Of a stretch of DNA of 64,000 nucleotides, positions 27,457-37,339 are shown piece by piece. Origin of the DNA: Verrucomicrobiota bacterium (GTDB lineage: Bacteria; Verrucomicrobiota; Verrucomicrobiia; Limisphaerales; UBA1319). The number at the start of each line of letters is the position of its first letter. Within the stretch, counting starts at the first letter, position 1. Made by a program: the position numbers and the translations under genes. Location of the stretch: assembly GCA_022711435.1 (NCBI GenBank), contig JAKLFB010000015.1:36626-100625 (forward strand). The letters run 5' to 3'. The notes under the pieces were generated by a model. That model saw only the letters and a program-made list of their open reading frames with translations, did no database searches and was not told where the DNA came from.

Positions 27457-28575
27457 TTATCGTGTCGGAACGGGTTTTTGGGGCTCGCGATTGAGCTGGA
27501 GTCGCAACTCGCGAGGCTGGCCATCGGCGCGCTGCGGTAGGAAATATTTCTCCTGGGCGTTGGTGAGGACGCGGCCCATGGTTTCCAGGAGGAGACGCTG
27601 GCGGAAGAGCTGTGGATTGGCCTGGTGATGAGGGAGCTGATCCTGGAAAGAGCGGGCTTCGGCGGCCATGGTTTTCACGATCTCGTTGCTCCGGGTGAGG
27701 CTGTCGATATGGATGGCGTTGGCCTGGGCGATGGCGGTGTTGGTGGCGCTGCGGGCGTAGCTCTCGGCCTCGCTGAGCCTGGTGCGGGCGACCTGCTGGG
27801 CGTTGAGGACCTCGTCGAAAGCGGGCCGGACATCCAGGGGCGCGCTGGTCTCGACGTCGAGGGCGTCGACGGAGATGCCGAGGCGGTGGTGGTCGAGCAG
27901 CTCGAGGAGGCGTTCCCGGACGCGCTCGGTGAAGGCGAGCTTGTCGCGATAGATGGCTTCGTCGGCGCGGTAGCGCGTCGAGGCGTAGATGAGGGAGTTG
28001 TCGAGCAGGTTCTGGAGGAGGTTGGTGGGGCTGGCGAACCCGAAGACGTATTGGCCGGCCTGCTCGGGCAGGATCCGGTATTTCAAGGTTGCGCGGGCAT
28101 GGATGATGTTGCCGTCGGCGGCGAGCGTGTAGCCGTCGATGCCGGGCTGGAGGTAGGGGTAGGCCGGGGGGAGCTGGCCGGTGGCCTCCCACTCGGGCCG
28201 GGTGGGGTACCAACCGGCAGTCGAGACGATGGTGAGGCTTTGGCCGACCGGGATTCGGACGATCTCATCGATGGGATAGGGCAGGCCCCAGTGGAGGCCG
28301 GGAGCCAGGTATTGCTGGCTGCCAACCCCGACCGGGCGGCCGAACCGGAGGATGACGGCGGTCTCGTCCGGGTGGACCGTGAACACGCGAGACCCGACAA
28401 AGAGGATGACCAGGCCGGCCATCAGGAACTTGACGATCGCGAAGCTGCTGCGGAGCGCTTCGGACAGCGCCTGGCTCGAAGCATCCTCGGCGCTCGCCCG
28501 AGGCTGGGCGGCAGCGGCAGGCGGCTCCGGGGGGGCGGGCGGGTTCGGGCTGGGTGGCAGGGAAGGGTCGATCAT
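27457..28575 (-). CDS. SPFH/band-7 (HflK-like) membrane protein, paralogue 3
   Basis: One N-terminal TM (FAIVKFLMAGLVILFVG), then the SPFH start VHPDETAVILRFGRP...PGLHWGLPYPID and a coiled C-terminal part. Confidence 0.75.
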   Translation of the reverse strand: MIDPSLPPSPNPPAPPEPPAAAAQPRASAEDASSQALSEALRSSFAIVKFLMAGLVILFVGSRVFTVHPDETAVILRFGRPVGVGSQQYLAPGLHWGLPYPIDEIVRIPVGQSLTIVSTAGWYPTRPEWEATGQLPPAYPYLQPGIDGYTLAADGNIIHARATLKYRILPEQAGQYVFGFASPTNLLQNLLDNSLIYASTRYRADEAIYRDKLAFTERVRERLLELLDHHRLGISVDALDVETSAPLDVRPAFDEVLNAQQVARTRLSEAESYARSATNTAIAQANAIHIDSLTRSNEIVKTMAAEARSFQDQLPHHQANPQLFRQRLLLETMGRVLTNAQEKYFLPQRADGQPRELRLQLNREPQKPVPTR

Positions 28576-28581
28576 GGCAGT

Positions 28582-29502
28582 TCAACGGCGGGCGGGTGGG
28601 TTGGTCGAGGTGGCGGGCGTGCCCTGCATCATGCTGAACGGGGGCGTCTGCTGGTCGAGGATCAGGGTGGCGCGATCCTTGAGGGCCTGCTCGAGGGCGT
28701 TGCGCTGGAAAAGGAAATTCGCCAGGTCCGGGTTCTGCTGAAGGACGCGGTAGTACTCGGATGCCTTGGCCTCGGCGCTGCCAGTGATTTCGATGGCGGT
28801 GGCGCGGGCGTCGGCGAGGGTTTTGCGGGTGAGGTTGTCGGCCTGGGCGCGGATGATCTGGGCGTCGCGCTCCCCCTCGGTCTGGAACTGGCGCACGCGG
28901 GTCTGGCGTTCGGCCTTCATGCGGTCGAAGACCTTGGTGGTGATGCTTTGGGGCAGGCCGAGCTGCTTGAGGCCAAGAAAGAGGACATCGATGCCGTAGG
29001 TCTCGCGGGCCTGGGACTGGACGCTGGCCAGCATCTGGCTTTCGATCGCGTTGAACTTGAGCTCGGCCTGGTTGGTGGAGATAAGCTCGCTGAAGAGCGT
29101 TTGGCCGAGCACGCCGTTCTTGGCGGTGCGGATGAGCGGCTCGAGGTTCTGCTCGGCCTTGAGGGGGTCGCCGTTGAGGCTCTGGAGGAAGCGCTCCGGA
29201 TCGGCCACCTTCCAGCCGGCGAACACGGTCACGAGGAGGTTGATCGCATCCCGGGTCGTGGTCTCTTCGAACTTGCGCTCGAAGTTCTGGACGCGGTTAT
29301 CGAACTTGTAGACGCTCTGGATCGGCCATGGCCAGCGGAAATAGAGATGCGGCTCGGTCAGGCTCCGCGATATCCGGCCGAATGTCGTAACCACGGCGAC
29401 CTCGGTCGTTCGCACCTGGAAGGCGAACAGCATGAGGATGAAGATCACCAGCAGGAGTCCGGCGGTGACGAAAGTGACGGGGTTGCGGGGATGGTTTTCC
29501 AT
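28582..29502 (-). CDS. SPFH/band-7 (HflC-like) membrane protein, paralogue 2
   Basis: Start MENHPRNPVTFVTAGLLLVIFILMLFAFQV at 29502 (CAT 29500-29502). TEVAVVTTFGR...YFRWPWPIQSVYKFD. Long helical tail with ERDAQIIRAQA. Confidence 0.75.
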   Translation of the reverse strand: MENHPRNPVTFVTAGLLLVIFILMLFAFQVRTTEVAVVTTFGRISRSLTEPHLYFRWPWPIQSVYKFDNRVQNFERKFEETTTRDAINLLVTVFAGWKVADPERFLQSLNGDPLKAEQNLEPLIRTAKNGVLGQTLFSELISTNQAELKFNAIESQMLASVQSQARETYGIDVLFLGLKQLGLPQSITTKVFDRMKAERQTRVRQFQTEGERDAQIIRAQADNLTRKTLADARATAIEITGSAEAKASEYYRVLQQNPDLANFLFQRNALEQALKDRATLILDQQTPPFSMMQGTPATSTNPPARR

Positions 29503-29509
29503 GGGGGGA

Positions 29510-31381
29510 TTACTTTTTGTCCGGGGCCAGGGGGAGATCCACCAGATCGGCCCGGATCTTGTCTTCGAGGTTGAGCCAGATGATGTCCTGAGTGTTGGTC
29601 GCCAGGAGCACGTATTTGCGGGCGGACGCAGCCGCTCGGACGAATGTCTCGAGATAGGTGCGCTGGGTGTAGACCGCGGGGGATGCCTGGTAGGCGGCGA
29701 GCTGGTCGCGGAACTGCTTGGCCTCGGCCGCGGCGCGCTTGATCTTCTCGAAGCTGGCGCCATCGGCCTGGGACAGGAGGTTGGTGGCTTCGGCAATCGC
29801 CAGCGGGATCTTCTCGGCCCAGTAAGCCTGCGCAGCCAGGATGTTGGTCTGCTTCTCCTGCATGGCGCCGACGACTTCCTGGTAGGCGGCGGCGACGCCG
29901 ACGGGCGGGTGGATGCCCTGCAGCCCGACGAACAGGATCTCGATCCCGAGCCGGTTGGTCTGGGCAAGATCCTGGATTTGGCGGCGCAGCCAATCGGCCG
30001 CCTCGAGGCGGCCCGTGGTCATGAGCTGGTCGATATCCACATTGACCAGGTAGCTGACGACCACGCGGTTGGCGATGTCCTGGAGAAGACGCTCGGGCTG
30101 GGCGTGGCCGTAGGCCCAGGCGCGGACATCCTGGATGCGATACTGGACGGGGATGTTGACGGAGAGGAGGTTGACCGGGACCGACTGGGCATCGGCGGCG
30201 GGATCGGCGCCGATGGCCGGGGCGCTGCGGCTGGCGACCAGCAGGTTGTACTCCTCCTTCGTGTGCGGCAGCGTCCACAGAACCGTCCGCTCCTTGTCTT
30301 TCTCCGGATCGGGCACGAAACCAACATGGAACGTGTGCACCTCCCGGGTGCGGAACCGGTAGACGCGGTCGATCGGCCAGGGCCATTTGAAATGAAGGCC
30401 CGGCTGGAGAACGGGCCGGCTGGGGACGGGACGGCCGAATCGCTCGAGCAGGCCTTCCTCGGCCGGGTCCACGATGACCACGCTGGTGAACAGGAACAGG
30501 ACCAGGAACTGCAGGAGAATCAGCCACGCCAGCGCCCGCTCGAGGAAGCGGAAGAGCCACGTCTCCGAGACCTTGAATCCAAACTGGTAATCGAGGGCCT
30601 GCGTGGCCGTGGAGATCAGGCCGCCCGGCTGGCCCAGGAGCCCGATCAGGCGGCTTTCATAAAGGACCCGGGCCACGGTGTCCCGGGTGCGCGGCCGGTA
30701 GATCTCCAGGACGAGGCTGATGCCGTTCTCGATGGCGACGAGGCCGAGAACAACGGTGAGGGCGCGGGCCAGGTAGTAATCGATGCGCGGGAACCCGAAC
30801 CATGCGGCGGACTCGCCGATGGCGACCAGCAGGCCGATCAGGGCGCCCAGGAGCAGGTAGCTGCTGCCGGGCTGCAGCAGGCGATGCCTCTCGATCCGCG
30901 CCAGCCTCGAGCCGTACTGGCCGAGCAGGAACAGGACCAGGGCGCAGAGGGCCCAGAGGGCGGTGGCGATCGCGGCGCGGCCGGCAAGCGGGGCGGGCGC
31001 GCTGCCCAGCCAGCGCCACAGGAGCCAGGCCGCCGTTCCCTGGAGGGCCAGCAGCAGCAGGGTGAAGGCGGGCACCAGGTAGCGGTCGAACTGCTCGCGC
31101 GCGCGGCGGGCCGGGAATGCCTCCGCCTCCTGCGTGAACAAGGCGGCGGTCGAGGCCGACTTGCGAAGCTCGGCGAACTCGAAGGACTCGGTCCTCTCGC
31201 GGTCTTCGAGCCGGATCTGGAACCAGCTCACCACGGCGACCAGGAAGCCCATGCCGAGAAACACGACCCCCACCTGGCCGGTGGCCGATTGGGCGTAGCG
31301 CGAGACCAGAGCCGCCACCACGCCGGCCGCCAGCAGGACGACCAGGTTGACCCCGCCGATTTTTTGGAAGTTCCGTTCCAT
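29510..31381 (-). CDS. Polytopic membrane protein with a C-terminal SPFH/band-7 domain, paralogue 1
   Basis: About 300 aa containing several hydrophobic spans, then VDPAEEGLLERFGRP...PGLHFKWPWPIDRVYRF and a helical tail. 4-7 nt gaps to both neighbours. Confidence 0.7.
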   Translation of the reverse strand: MERNFQKIGGVNLVVLLAAGVVAALVSRYAQSATGQVGVVFLGMGFLVAVVSWFQIRLEDRERTESFEFAELRKSASTAALFTQEAEAFPARRAREQFDRYLVPAFTLLLLALQGTAAWLLWRWLGSAPAPLAGRAAIATALWALCALVLFLLGQYGSRLARIERHRLLQPGSSYLLLGALIGLLVAIGESAAWFGFPRIDYYLARALTVVLGLVAIENGISLVLEIYRPRTRDTVARVLYESRLIGLLGQPGGLISTATQALDYQFGFKVSETWLFRFLERALAWLILLQFLVLFLFTSVVIVDPAEEGLLERFGRPVPSRPVLQPGLHFKWPWPIDRVYRFRTREVHTFHVGFVPDPEKDKERTVLWTLPHTKEEYNLLVASRSAPAIGADPAADAQSVPVNLLSVNIPVQYRIQDVRAWAYGHAQPERLLQDIANRVVVSYLVNVDIDQLMTTGRLEAADWLRRQIQDLAQTNRLGIEILFVGLQGIHPPVGVAAAYQEVVGAMQEKQTNILAAQAYWAEKIPLAIAEATNLLSQADGASFEKIKRAAAEAKQFRDQLAAYQASPAVYTQRTYLETFVRAAASARKYVLLATNTQDIIWLNLEDKIRADLVDLPLAPDKK

Positions 31382-31385
31382 GCGT

Positions 31386-32351
31386 CTATCCCGTCAATTC
31401 GCGATCTTCAAACAGCTCCATGGCGACCATGAGGGTTGCGCCGAGGTAGCCGGCCACATAGCCGAGCGATTGGGCCAGGTAGCCCCAGGGCACGCCCGGC
31501 TTGCCAGGCTCGAGCGTGTTGGCCAGCCAGAACAGCTGCCAGTTGGGAACGATGGCATACAGGATCTTGGCCCACCAGGCGCCGGCGTCCGCCGGGCGGC
31601 CCAGCAGGTAGTCCGACATCAGACCCAGCAGGAAAAAGCCCGAGCAGATGGCCAGGGTCGGAATCAGATCCCATCGCGTGGCGCAGGCGATGGCCAGGCC
31701 CGCCAGAATCCAGAGCGCAAAGAGGATCAGCGCCGCCGCGGGGGCCAGCCGCCAGTCGATCGCTGCGGCCTCCTGCATGCTGACATTATGGGTCGTGAAC
31801 CGCGTGGCCAGGAACAGCGCCGCCGTCGCGGCGGCCACCAGGGCCGCCACCGTGTCCGCCACGAACTGCCGGCGGAGAAAATAGTTGGAGAACCCGCCGA
31901 TGGCATACGCCAGGACGACCGCCCCGGCAAAGATCGCCAGCGCGCCCTTGGCGGTCCCGCTGTAGGCGTCGAACGCCATCCAGCTCGCCAGCAGGGCGGC
32001 AACCAGGTTCACGTAGGTGAGCAGCGTCAGGGCGGCGGCGATCCCGGCGAACTTGGCCGCGAGGAAGCGTCCGCGGCCGACCGGCTTGGCCAGGACGGCC
32101 AGCGCTGTCCCGGAGCGGATTTCGTGCGCCACCGAGGCCGCCGCGCCAATCACCGCCCCAAACAGCCCCGTCAGCAGCATCACCGCCAGGACGCTGGTCT
32201 TCACCAGCGTGGGATCGTCCCCGAAACCAAAATAGGGCACGCTGGCGAGAAAGACCATGAACAGGGCAGAGGCGGTCATCAGCAGCAGGTATACCGGCTG
32301 CCGGACCAGCTCCATAAATGCGTTCGCCGCGATGGTCCCAAATTGCTGCAT
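31386..32351 (-). CDS. ABC-2-type permease-like integral membrane protein (first gene of the packed operon)
   Basis: Hydrophobic throughout. I prefer the start MQQFGTIAANAFMELVRQPVYLLLM (32351) over the longest ORF start at 32447. The stop is 4 nt before the next gene's start. Confidence 0.6.
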   Translation of the reverse strand: MQQFGTIAANAFMELVRQPVYLLLMTASALFMVFLASVPYFGFGDDPTLVKTSVLAVMLLTGLFGAVIGAAASVAHEIRSGTALAVLAKPVGRGRFLAAKFAGIAAALTLLTYVNLVAALLASWMAFDAYSGTAKGALAIFAGAVVLAYAIGGFSNYFLRRQFVADTVAALVAAATAALFLATRFTTHNVSMQEAAAIDWRLAPAAALILFALWILAGLAIACATRWDLIPTLAICSGFFLLGLMSDYLLGRPADAGAWWAKILYAIVPNWQLFWLANTLEPGKPGVPWGYLAQSLGYVAGYLGATLMVAMELFEDRELTG

Positions 32352-32623
32352 GACCGTCAAAAAGTGCAGCCTAGCGCACTCCAGAAGGTTTGCCAATGGC
32401 TCTTTGCCAGCGGCAGCAATGTAGCGATGCGGCGCGGGACGTTCCAATGGGCGTTTGCCTGCACAGCGCCCGGCCCGGGCAGGCCGCCAAGGCGGCCCCC
32501 CGGGCTCTCCAGCGCGATGGGCGCGCGCCGCCAGGAGCGGCTTGTGATTCGGTCGAGGGCTGGAAGCGCCCGGCCGCGTTCAGCGCCGGGCTGCGTCGAG
32601 CCATCGAGGTCTGGGGCCTGGCC

Positions 32624-34048
32624 TCAGCCGGCCGCAGCGGCCGGCGGCTCTCTTCCCGGCCCCTCCTCGCGCCGGTACCAGTCGAGGTTGCGGGTCACGG
32701 CGATCACGATCCCCAGCGCGACGAAGAGGCCGGCGGTGCCAAACAGCAGCGAGTAATCCTGCAGCTGCAGCGCGACGTAGAGGAAACCGTAAATCGCCGC
32801 CAGCAGCCCCACCAGGATCCAGCTCCGCCGCCCGCTTCCCAGCGCCTTCGCGCAGTAGAACCAGATCAGCAGCGTCGTCACCGCCGCGACCGCCAGGTAG
32901 GACAGCCCGAACCCGACGAACTCGGATAGCGACAGCAGCCCCAGATAGAACAGGCTCATGGCCGCCCCCACCACCGCATACTGGAACAGGTGGATCCGGA
33001 GCGAGGACAGGATCTCGAACAGGAAGAATGCCGTGAAGACCATCACCAGGAACAGCGCGCCATACTTGGTGGCCCGCTCGACGTTCCGGTAGGCGTCGAC
33101 GGCCGAGTAGAACGTCACGCCGAATTCCGAGCTGGCTGAGGAGGACGGATTGATCCCGGCCGCGGCCTGCTGGTCGCTCCATTGCTGGGCATACCCGCGC
33201 CCGTAATGGGATACCTCCCACGCCGCCTCGAAACCGTTCGCCGATATCTTCCGGTCATCCGGCAGAAACGCGCCGCGAAAGCTCGGGTCGGGCCATGGAG
33301 AGGCCAGCTTCACGCTGGTCTGAGCCCCCACGGGCGAGAACCTCAGCTCCCCGCTCCCGCTCAATCCCAGCTCCATCTTCACCGGGATCGCGCCCTCGCC
33401 CACCTTCAGGCCGCCCGCCTTGGCATGCAGGCCCGAGGCGAATCCCGGCAGGCGGCTTCCGGGCATGAGCGGGACCCGATCCCCCCCCCATTCCAGCTCG
33501 AGCATCCCTTTCACCCCCCGCAGATCCGGGATGGCAAACGTGACCACGGCGTCATCCCAGAGCACATCCGCCTCGTCGATCCGCAGAGCGCGGAAATCGG
33601 GCCGGTCGAACTGGCCGGCCAGCTCGAGATTCCCCGAATAGACCACGGCTTCGTAAATCCCCCGATGCAGCTTGCGAGGTGTGACGGCTCCTTGGATCTT
33701 CAGCGTGGCCGGCAGGAAATAGGCGCTGGCCACGACGGTCTCGGTGACCTCGACCCTTTCGATCTTGCCTCCGCCGATGGGCTCCTCCTTCCACGACTTG
33801 ACCGCATACTGGTAAGGCACGATCAGCACCGGCCCGATGATCGTCTGCTCCCGCCCCCAGCTGGACATGATTTCCGACACGGCTGCGTCGCGCCGGGAGA
33901 GCCGCTCCCTCAGCACGGAGCGGATCATCTGCAGCGGGATCAGCAGCAGGAGGATCAGAAGGGTGACACCCGCCAGCTTGAGGGGGGTGACACAGCGCTG
34001 GAGAAAGAGCGCCATGGCGGGGCCGGGCACCGGATTGGATTCGTTCAT
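32624..34048 (-). CDS. creD: CreD-family inner-membrane (cell-envelope integrity) protein
   Basis: Architecture matches CreD: an N-terminal TM, a ~300-aa periplasmic region (ERLSRRDAAVSEI...IIGPVLIVPY) and a C-terminal bundle of about 5 TM segments (YGALFLVMVFTAFFLFE...). Assigned from memory of the family, not from a search. Confidence 0.6.
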   Translation of the reverse strand: MNESNPVPGPAMALFLQRCVTPLKLAGVTLLILLLLIPLQMIRSVLRERLSRRDAAVSEIMSSWGREQTIIGPVLIVPYQYAVKSWKEEPIGGGKIERVEVTETVVASAYFLPATLKIQGAVTPRKLHRGIYEAVVYSGNLELAGQFDRPDFRALRIDEADVLWDDAVVTFAIPDLRGVKGMLELEWGGDRVPLMPGSRLPGFASGLHAKAGGLKVGEGAIPVKMELGLSGSGELRFSPVGAQTSVKLASPWPDPSFRGAFLPDDRKISANGFEAAWEVSHYGRGYAQQWSDQQAAAGINPSSSASSEFGVTFYSAVDAYRNVERATKYGALFLVMVFTAFFLFEILSSLRIHLFQYAVVGAAMSLFYLGLLSLSEFVGFGLSYLAVAAVTTLLIWFYCAKALGSGRRSWILVGLLAAIYGFLYVALQLQDYSLLFGTAGLFVALGIVIAVTRNLDWYRREEGPGREPPAAAAG

Positions 34049-34062
34049 AGCAGGACTATCTT

Positions 34063-34085
34063 TTTACTTTGTGACGCAAAGTAAA
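34063..34085. promoter_or_regulatory. Perfect 9-bp/5-nt/9-bp palindrome TTTACTTTG-TGACG-CAAAGTAAA, 15 nt upstream of the creD start
   Basis: Read directly at 34063-34085. AT-rich in a GC-rich context. Either an operator or a 5'-UTR hairpin. Confidence 0.4.
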
Positions 34086-34347
34086 TGACCGTTTTGAGGC
34101 TGCCGCGTTCAAAAACCGGTGCGGCGCGCCCTGGTCCGTCGGTTTCAACTCTCAGCGCTGCAACGATATGCGTCCATCCAATGCGCCATCGAGCCCGGGC
34201 CCGACGTTCCGCGTTTCCGTGCTCGATTGTCGAGTGAGCGGCGCCGGCCGTCAGCGATGCGCCGAGAAGCCATGTCCGGACACGGCCCGACGCGCTATGG
34301 ATTCCAGCCTAGCCAAACCGCGAGATCCTGTTTAGGATGGGCGCACC

Positions 34348-35751
34348 ATGAGGCATCGAGCGCAGAGGTTTTTCCTGGCGCACCTGGCCATTGCGATCTG
34401 CGTGGCCGGCTCCGCGGCGTTGCTGGGCGCGGGAGAATCCCCGTCGGCCCGAACCAATCGGACTGCGCGGCTCGAATGGTTTCGCGATCAGGGTTTTGGC
34501 CTGTTCATTCACTGGAGCCACGACAGCCAGCTCGGATCGGTCATCAGCCATTCGATGGTCGGTGCGGATGAGGATTATCTGCGTCGATTCGTGGAAGATC
34601 TGCCCCGGACATTCAATCCGCGTAAGTTCAATCCGCATGATTGGGCGGCGCTGGCGAAGCTGGCGGGGATTCGCTACGTTGTTTTCACCGCCAAACATCA
34701 TTCCGGCTTCTGCATGTGGCCGACGGCGACCACCGATTTCGGGATCCGGAACACGCCGTTCCGGCGGGACATCGTGGGGGAGGTCATCGAGGCCTTTCGA
34801 GCGCAGGGCATCGTGCCCGGGCTCTATTTTTCGCCGGACGATTTCTGGTGGCTTTGGAGGCATGGCGTCCCGATCCAGCGGGGGCAGGCCGAGGTTCAGC
34901 CCCGGCATCACCCGGGTCTGATGGCGCACGACCAGGCTCAGGTGCGCGAGCTGCTGACCCGGTACGGGGAGATCGGCGTCCTGTTTTTCGACGGGGAAGC
35001 CGAGGGGCTGCGGGATCTGGCCTGGGAGCTGCAGCCGGACGTGGTGGTGACGCGGGGCGCGATCGAGACGCCCGAGCAGTTCATTCCCGGCCAGCCGCTC
35101 GAGGGCGCCTGGGAAGCCTGTCTGACCATGGGGACCCAATGGCAGTACAAGCCCGCGAATGAATCCTACAAATCGGGCTGGGAATGCCTGTCGCTGCTGA
35201 TCGAGACGCGCGCCAAAGGGGGCAACCTGCTACTCAATGTCGGCCCCAAGCCCGACGGCGATCTGCCCATCGAGCAGGAGGAGCGCCTCCGCGAGATCGC
35301 GCTCTGGATGTTCGTCAACGGCGAGTGCATCCATGGCGTGCGGCCCTGGATCGTCACCAACGAAAAGGAGATCTGGTTCACCCGAAAGAGGGACGCCGAC
35401 ATCCTCTACGCCATCGTCAAGCTGCCGCCTTCCGCGCGCTGGAAATACGGCGAGTGGAAGGAGCTCGTCCTGCAATCCGTCCAGGCGACCGATCAGACCC
35501 GCGTCCGCGTGCTGGGCCAGAGCGGCCGGGTGCTCGAATACAAGCCGGCCGTGGTGCCGCAGACCACGTGGCGCCAGGAGGCTGACGGCCTGCACATCCG
35601 CGCCATGCGCGCCCAGCGCCTCTACAACGACCATGCATGGCCCAATCCGGTCGTGCTCGAGCTGAGCTGCGTCCGGCCTGCCGAACGCTTTCTCCCGGTG
35701 CCGAGCGGACCGGCCCGGAAAGATGCCGGGAAGGGGGCGCCAGCCCCATGA
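34348..35751 (+). CDS. Alpha-L-fucosidase, glycoside hydrolase family 29
   Basis: WFRDQGFGLFIHWS, YVVFTAKHHSGFCMWPT, GGNLLLNVGPKPDG. Signal-like N-terminus. Confidence 0.85.
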   Translation: MRHRAQRFFLAHLAIAICVAGSAALLGAGESPSARTNRTARLEWFRDQGFGLFIHWSHDSQLGSVISHSMVGADEDYLRRFVEDLPRTFNPRKFNPHDWAALAKLAGIRYVVFTAKHHSGFCMWPTATTDFGIRNTPFRRDIVGEVIEAFRAQGIVPGLYFSPDDFWWLWRHGVPIQRGQAEVQPRHHPGLMAHDQAQVRELLTRYGEIGVLFFDGEAEGLRDLAWELQPDVVVTRGAIETPEQFIPGQPLEGAWEACLTMGTQWQYKPANESYKSGWECLSLLIETRAKGGNLLLNVGPKPDGDLPIEQEERLREIALWMFVNGECIHGVRPWIVTNEKEIWFTRKRDADILYAIVKLPPSARWKYGEWKELVLQSVQATDQTRVRVLGQSGRVLEYKPAVVPQTTWRQEADGLHIRAMRAQRLYNDHAWPNPVVLELSCVRPAERFLPVPSGPARKDAGKGAPAP

Positions 35752-35826
35752 CCCGGGCCTCGCCAAGGTGTGTTCGCTCCGCTCCGCATTGTTAACAACA
35801 TGATCCAACGACAATCCCCATCAGCT

Positions 35827-37215
35827 ATGAGACACGCATTGTTCGCGACGGTGTGGTTATGGGCCGGCCTGGGCGCTGCCGAGGCGGCTGCGCCCGTCAC
35901 GGGCGCGCCGCTGCCGGGCGAGGATTCCTATGCCCGCAAGATCATTGCCCGGACCTACAATTCCGGGTTCGAGCTGGCGCATGACACCTACAACGGGATG
36001 GCCACGGCCAGCGACGGCCGGATCTTCTACGTGCTCTGCTCCGAGTCGATGGAGATCGGCGGCCAGATGTATTGCCTGGATCCGAGGACGCGCCAGGTCC
36101 GGCATGTGGGCGACCTGACGGAGGCCTGCGGCGAGAAAGGCCGCAAGACGGTTGTCCAGGGCAAAAGCCACGTCAATTTCATCGAGTCGAACGGCAAGCT
36201 CTACCTGACAACGCACCTCGGCTATTACAGCCTCGTGAACGGGCAGGAGGTCTCGGGCGTGCCCCCGGAGGGCTCGGGCTGGCAGCCCTATCCGGGCGGC
36301 CACATCCTGGCTTACGACCTGAAGACCGGCCGGTTCGACGACCTCGGCCTCGCCCCCAACCGCGAGGGCATCATCACCTGGAACATGGATGTCCGCCGGG
36401 GACGGATGTTCGCGCTCACGTGGCCGTCGGGCCATTTCCTCCGGTTCGACCTCGCGAGCAAGGAGTGGCGCGACTTCGGGCTTGTCTCCGGCCAGGGCGA
36501 GGCCGGCCAGGGCGAAACCTACCGGACGATCTGCCGGTCCATCGCGGTCAATCCCGAGGATGGCGCCGCCTACTTCACCGCATCGACGGGTGAGATCTTC
36601 CGATACAATCCCGCCGCCGACTCGATGGAGCGGGTCCAGGGCGAGGACATGAAGAAAGATTACTTCGGCCTTTACGATCCCACCTCGGCGGGGCACATGG
36701 GCTACAACTGGCGGCAGACAGCCTGGCGCCCCATGGATCGGTCGATCTACGGCGTGCACGGCAACTCGGGCTACCTGTTTCGATTCGATCCCGCCACCGT
36801 CCGCATGGAGGTCCTCGAGCGCATCACCTCGCTCCCTTCCCGCGCCAGCGGCATGTTCGATCAATTCAGCTACGGGTATCTTGGGTTCGCTCTCGGGCCG
36901 GACGGCAACACGCTCTATTACCTGACCGGCGGCCCGATCTACGTGAGCGGCCGGCGTGTGGCGGGCAAGGACAGCACCGCCATGGGCGAGGCCAAGGGGC
37001 TCGAGAACCTCCACGTGATCACTTACAACATCCGCCGCCGCCAATCCACGGATCACGGGCCCGTCTTTTACCAAAACGGGGATCGCCCGCTCTACTGCAA
37101 CTCGCTGGCCATCGGCCGGGACGGAACGATCTACACCCTGGCGCGGATCACCGAGAACGGCCGAACCCGCGCCGATCTGGTCGAGATCCCCAACCCGCTC
37201 CGGTCAAGCCGGTGA
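35827..37215 (+). CDS. Hypothetical secreted protein, probably beta-propeller-like
   Basis: ORF 35770..37215. Signal-like MRHALFATVWLWAGLGAAEA at 35827 (an alternative start exists at 35800). Recurrent strand-turn motifs (DGRIFYV, GKLYLTT, GRMFALT, GAAYFTA, GTIYTLA). No family assigned. Confidence 0.5.
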   Translation: MRHALFATVWLWAGLGAAEAAAPVTGAPLPGEDSYARKIIARTYNSGFELAHDTYNGMATASDGRIFYVLCSESMEIGGQMYCLDPRTRQVRHVGDLTEACGEKGRKTVVQGKSHVNFIESNGKLYLTTHLGYYSLVNGQEVSGVPPEGSGWQPYPGGHILAYDLKTGRFDDLGLAPNREGIITWNMDVRRGRMFALTWPSGHFLRFDLASKEWRDFGLVSGQGEAGQGETYRTICRSIAVNPEDGAAYFTASTGEIFRYNPAADSMERVQGEDMKKDYFGLYDPTSAGHMGYNWRQTAWRPMDRSIYGVHGNSGYLFRFDPATVRMEVLERITSLPSRASGMFDQFSYGYLGFALGPDGNTLYYLTGGPIYVSGRRVAGKDSTAMGEAKGLENLHVITYNIRRRQSTDHGPVFYQNGDRPLYCNSLAIGRDGTIYTLARITENGRTRADLVEIPNPLRSSR

Positions 37216-37339
37216 CGTGCGGGCCAAACCGGCCCAGCCGCCAAGGCGGATCGTGCGCGGCAATCCATTCCCTCCCCCCGCGAGGCGCGAGCGGGGGGAG
37301 GGCAGCAAAAGAGGGGCGCCAAACCGCCAAAATCTCTCC

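Noticed and set aside
21199-31432. Series of long plus-strand ORFs (21199..23181, 22725..24554, 24070..27540, 27625..29574, 29432..31432)
   Set aside because: All are antisense to the packed minus-strand operon, whose products show Walker motifs, P-type ATPase signatures and SPFH domains. The translations are Gly/Glu/Asp/Ala-rich noise.
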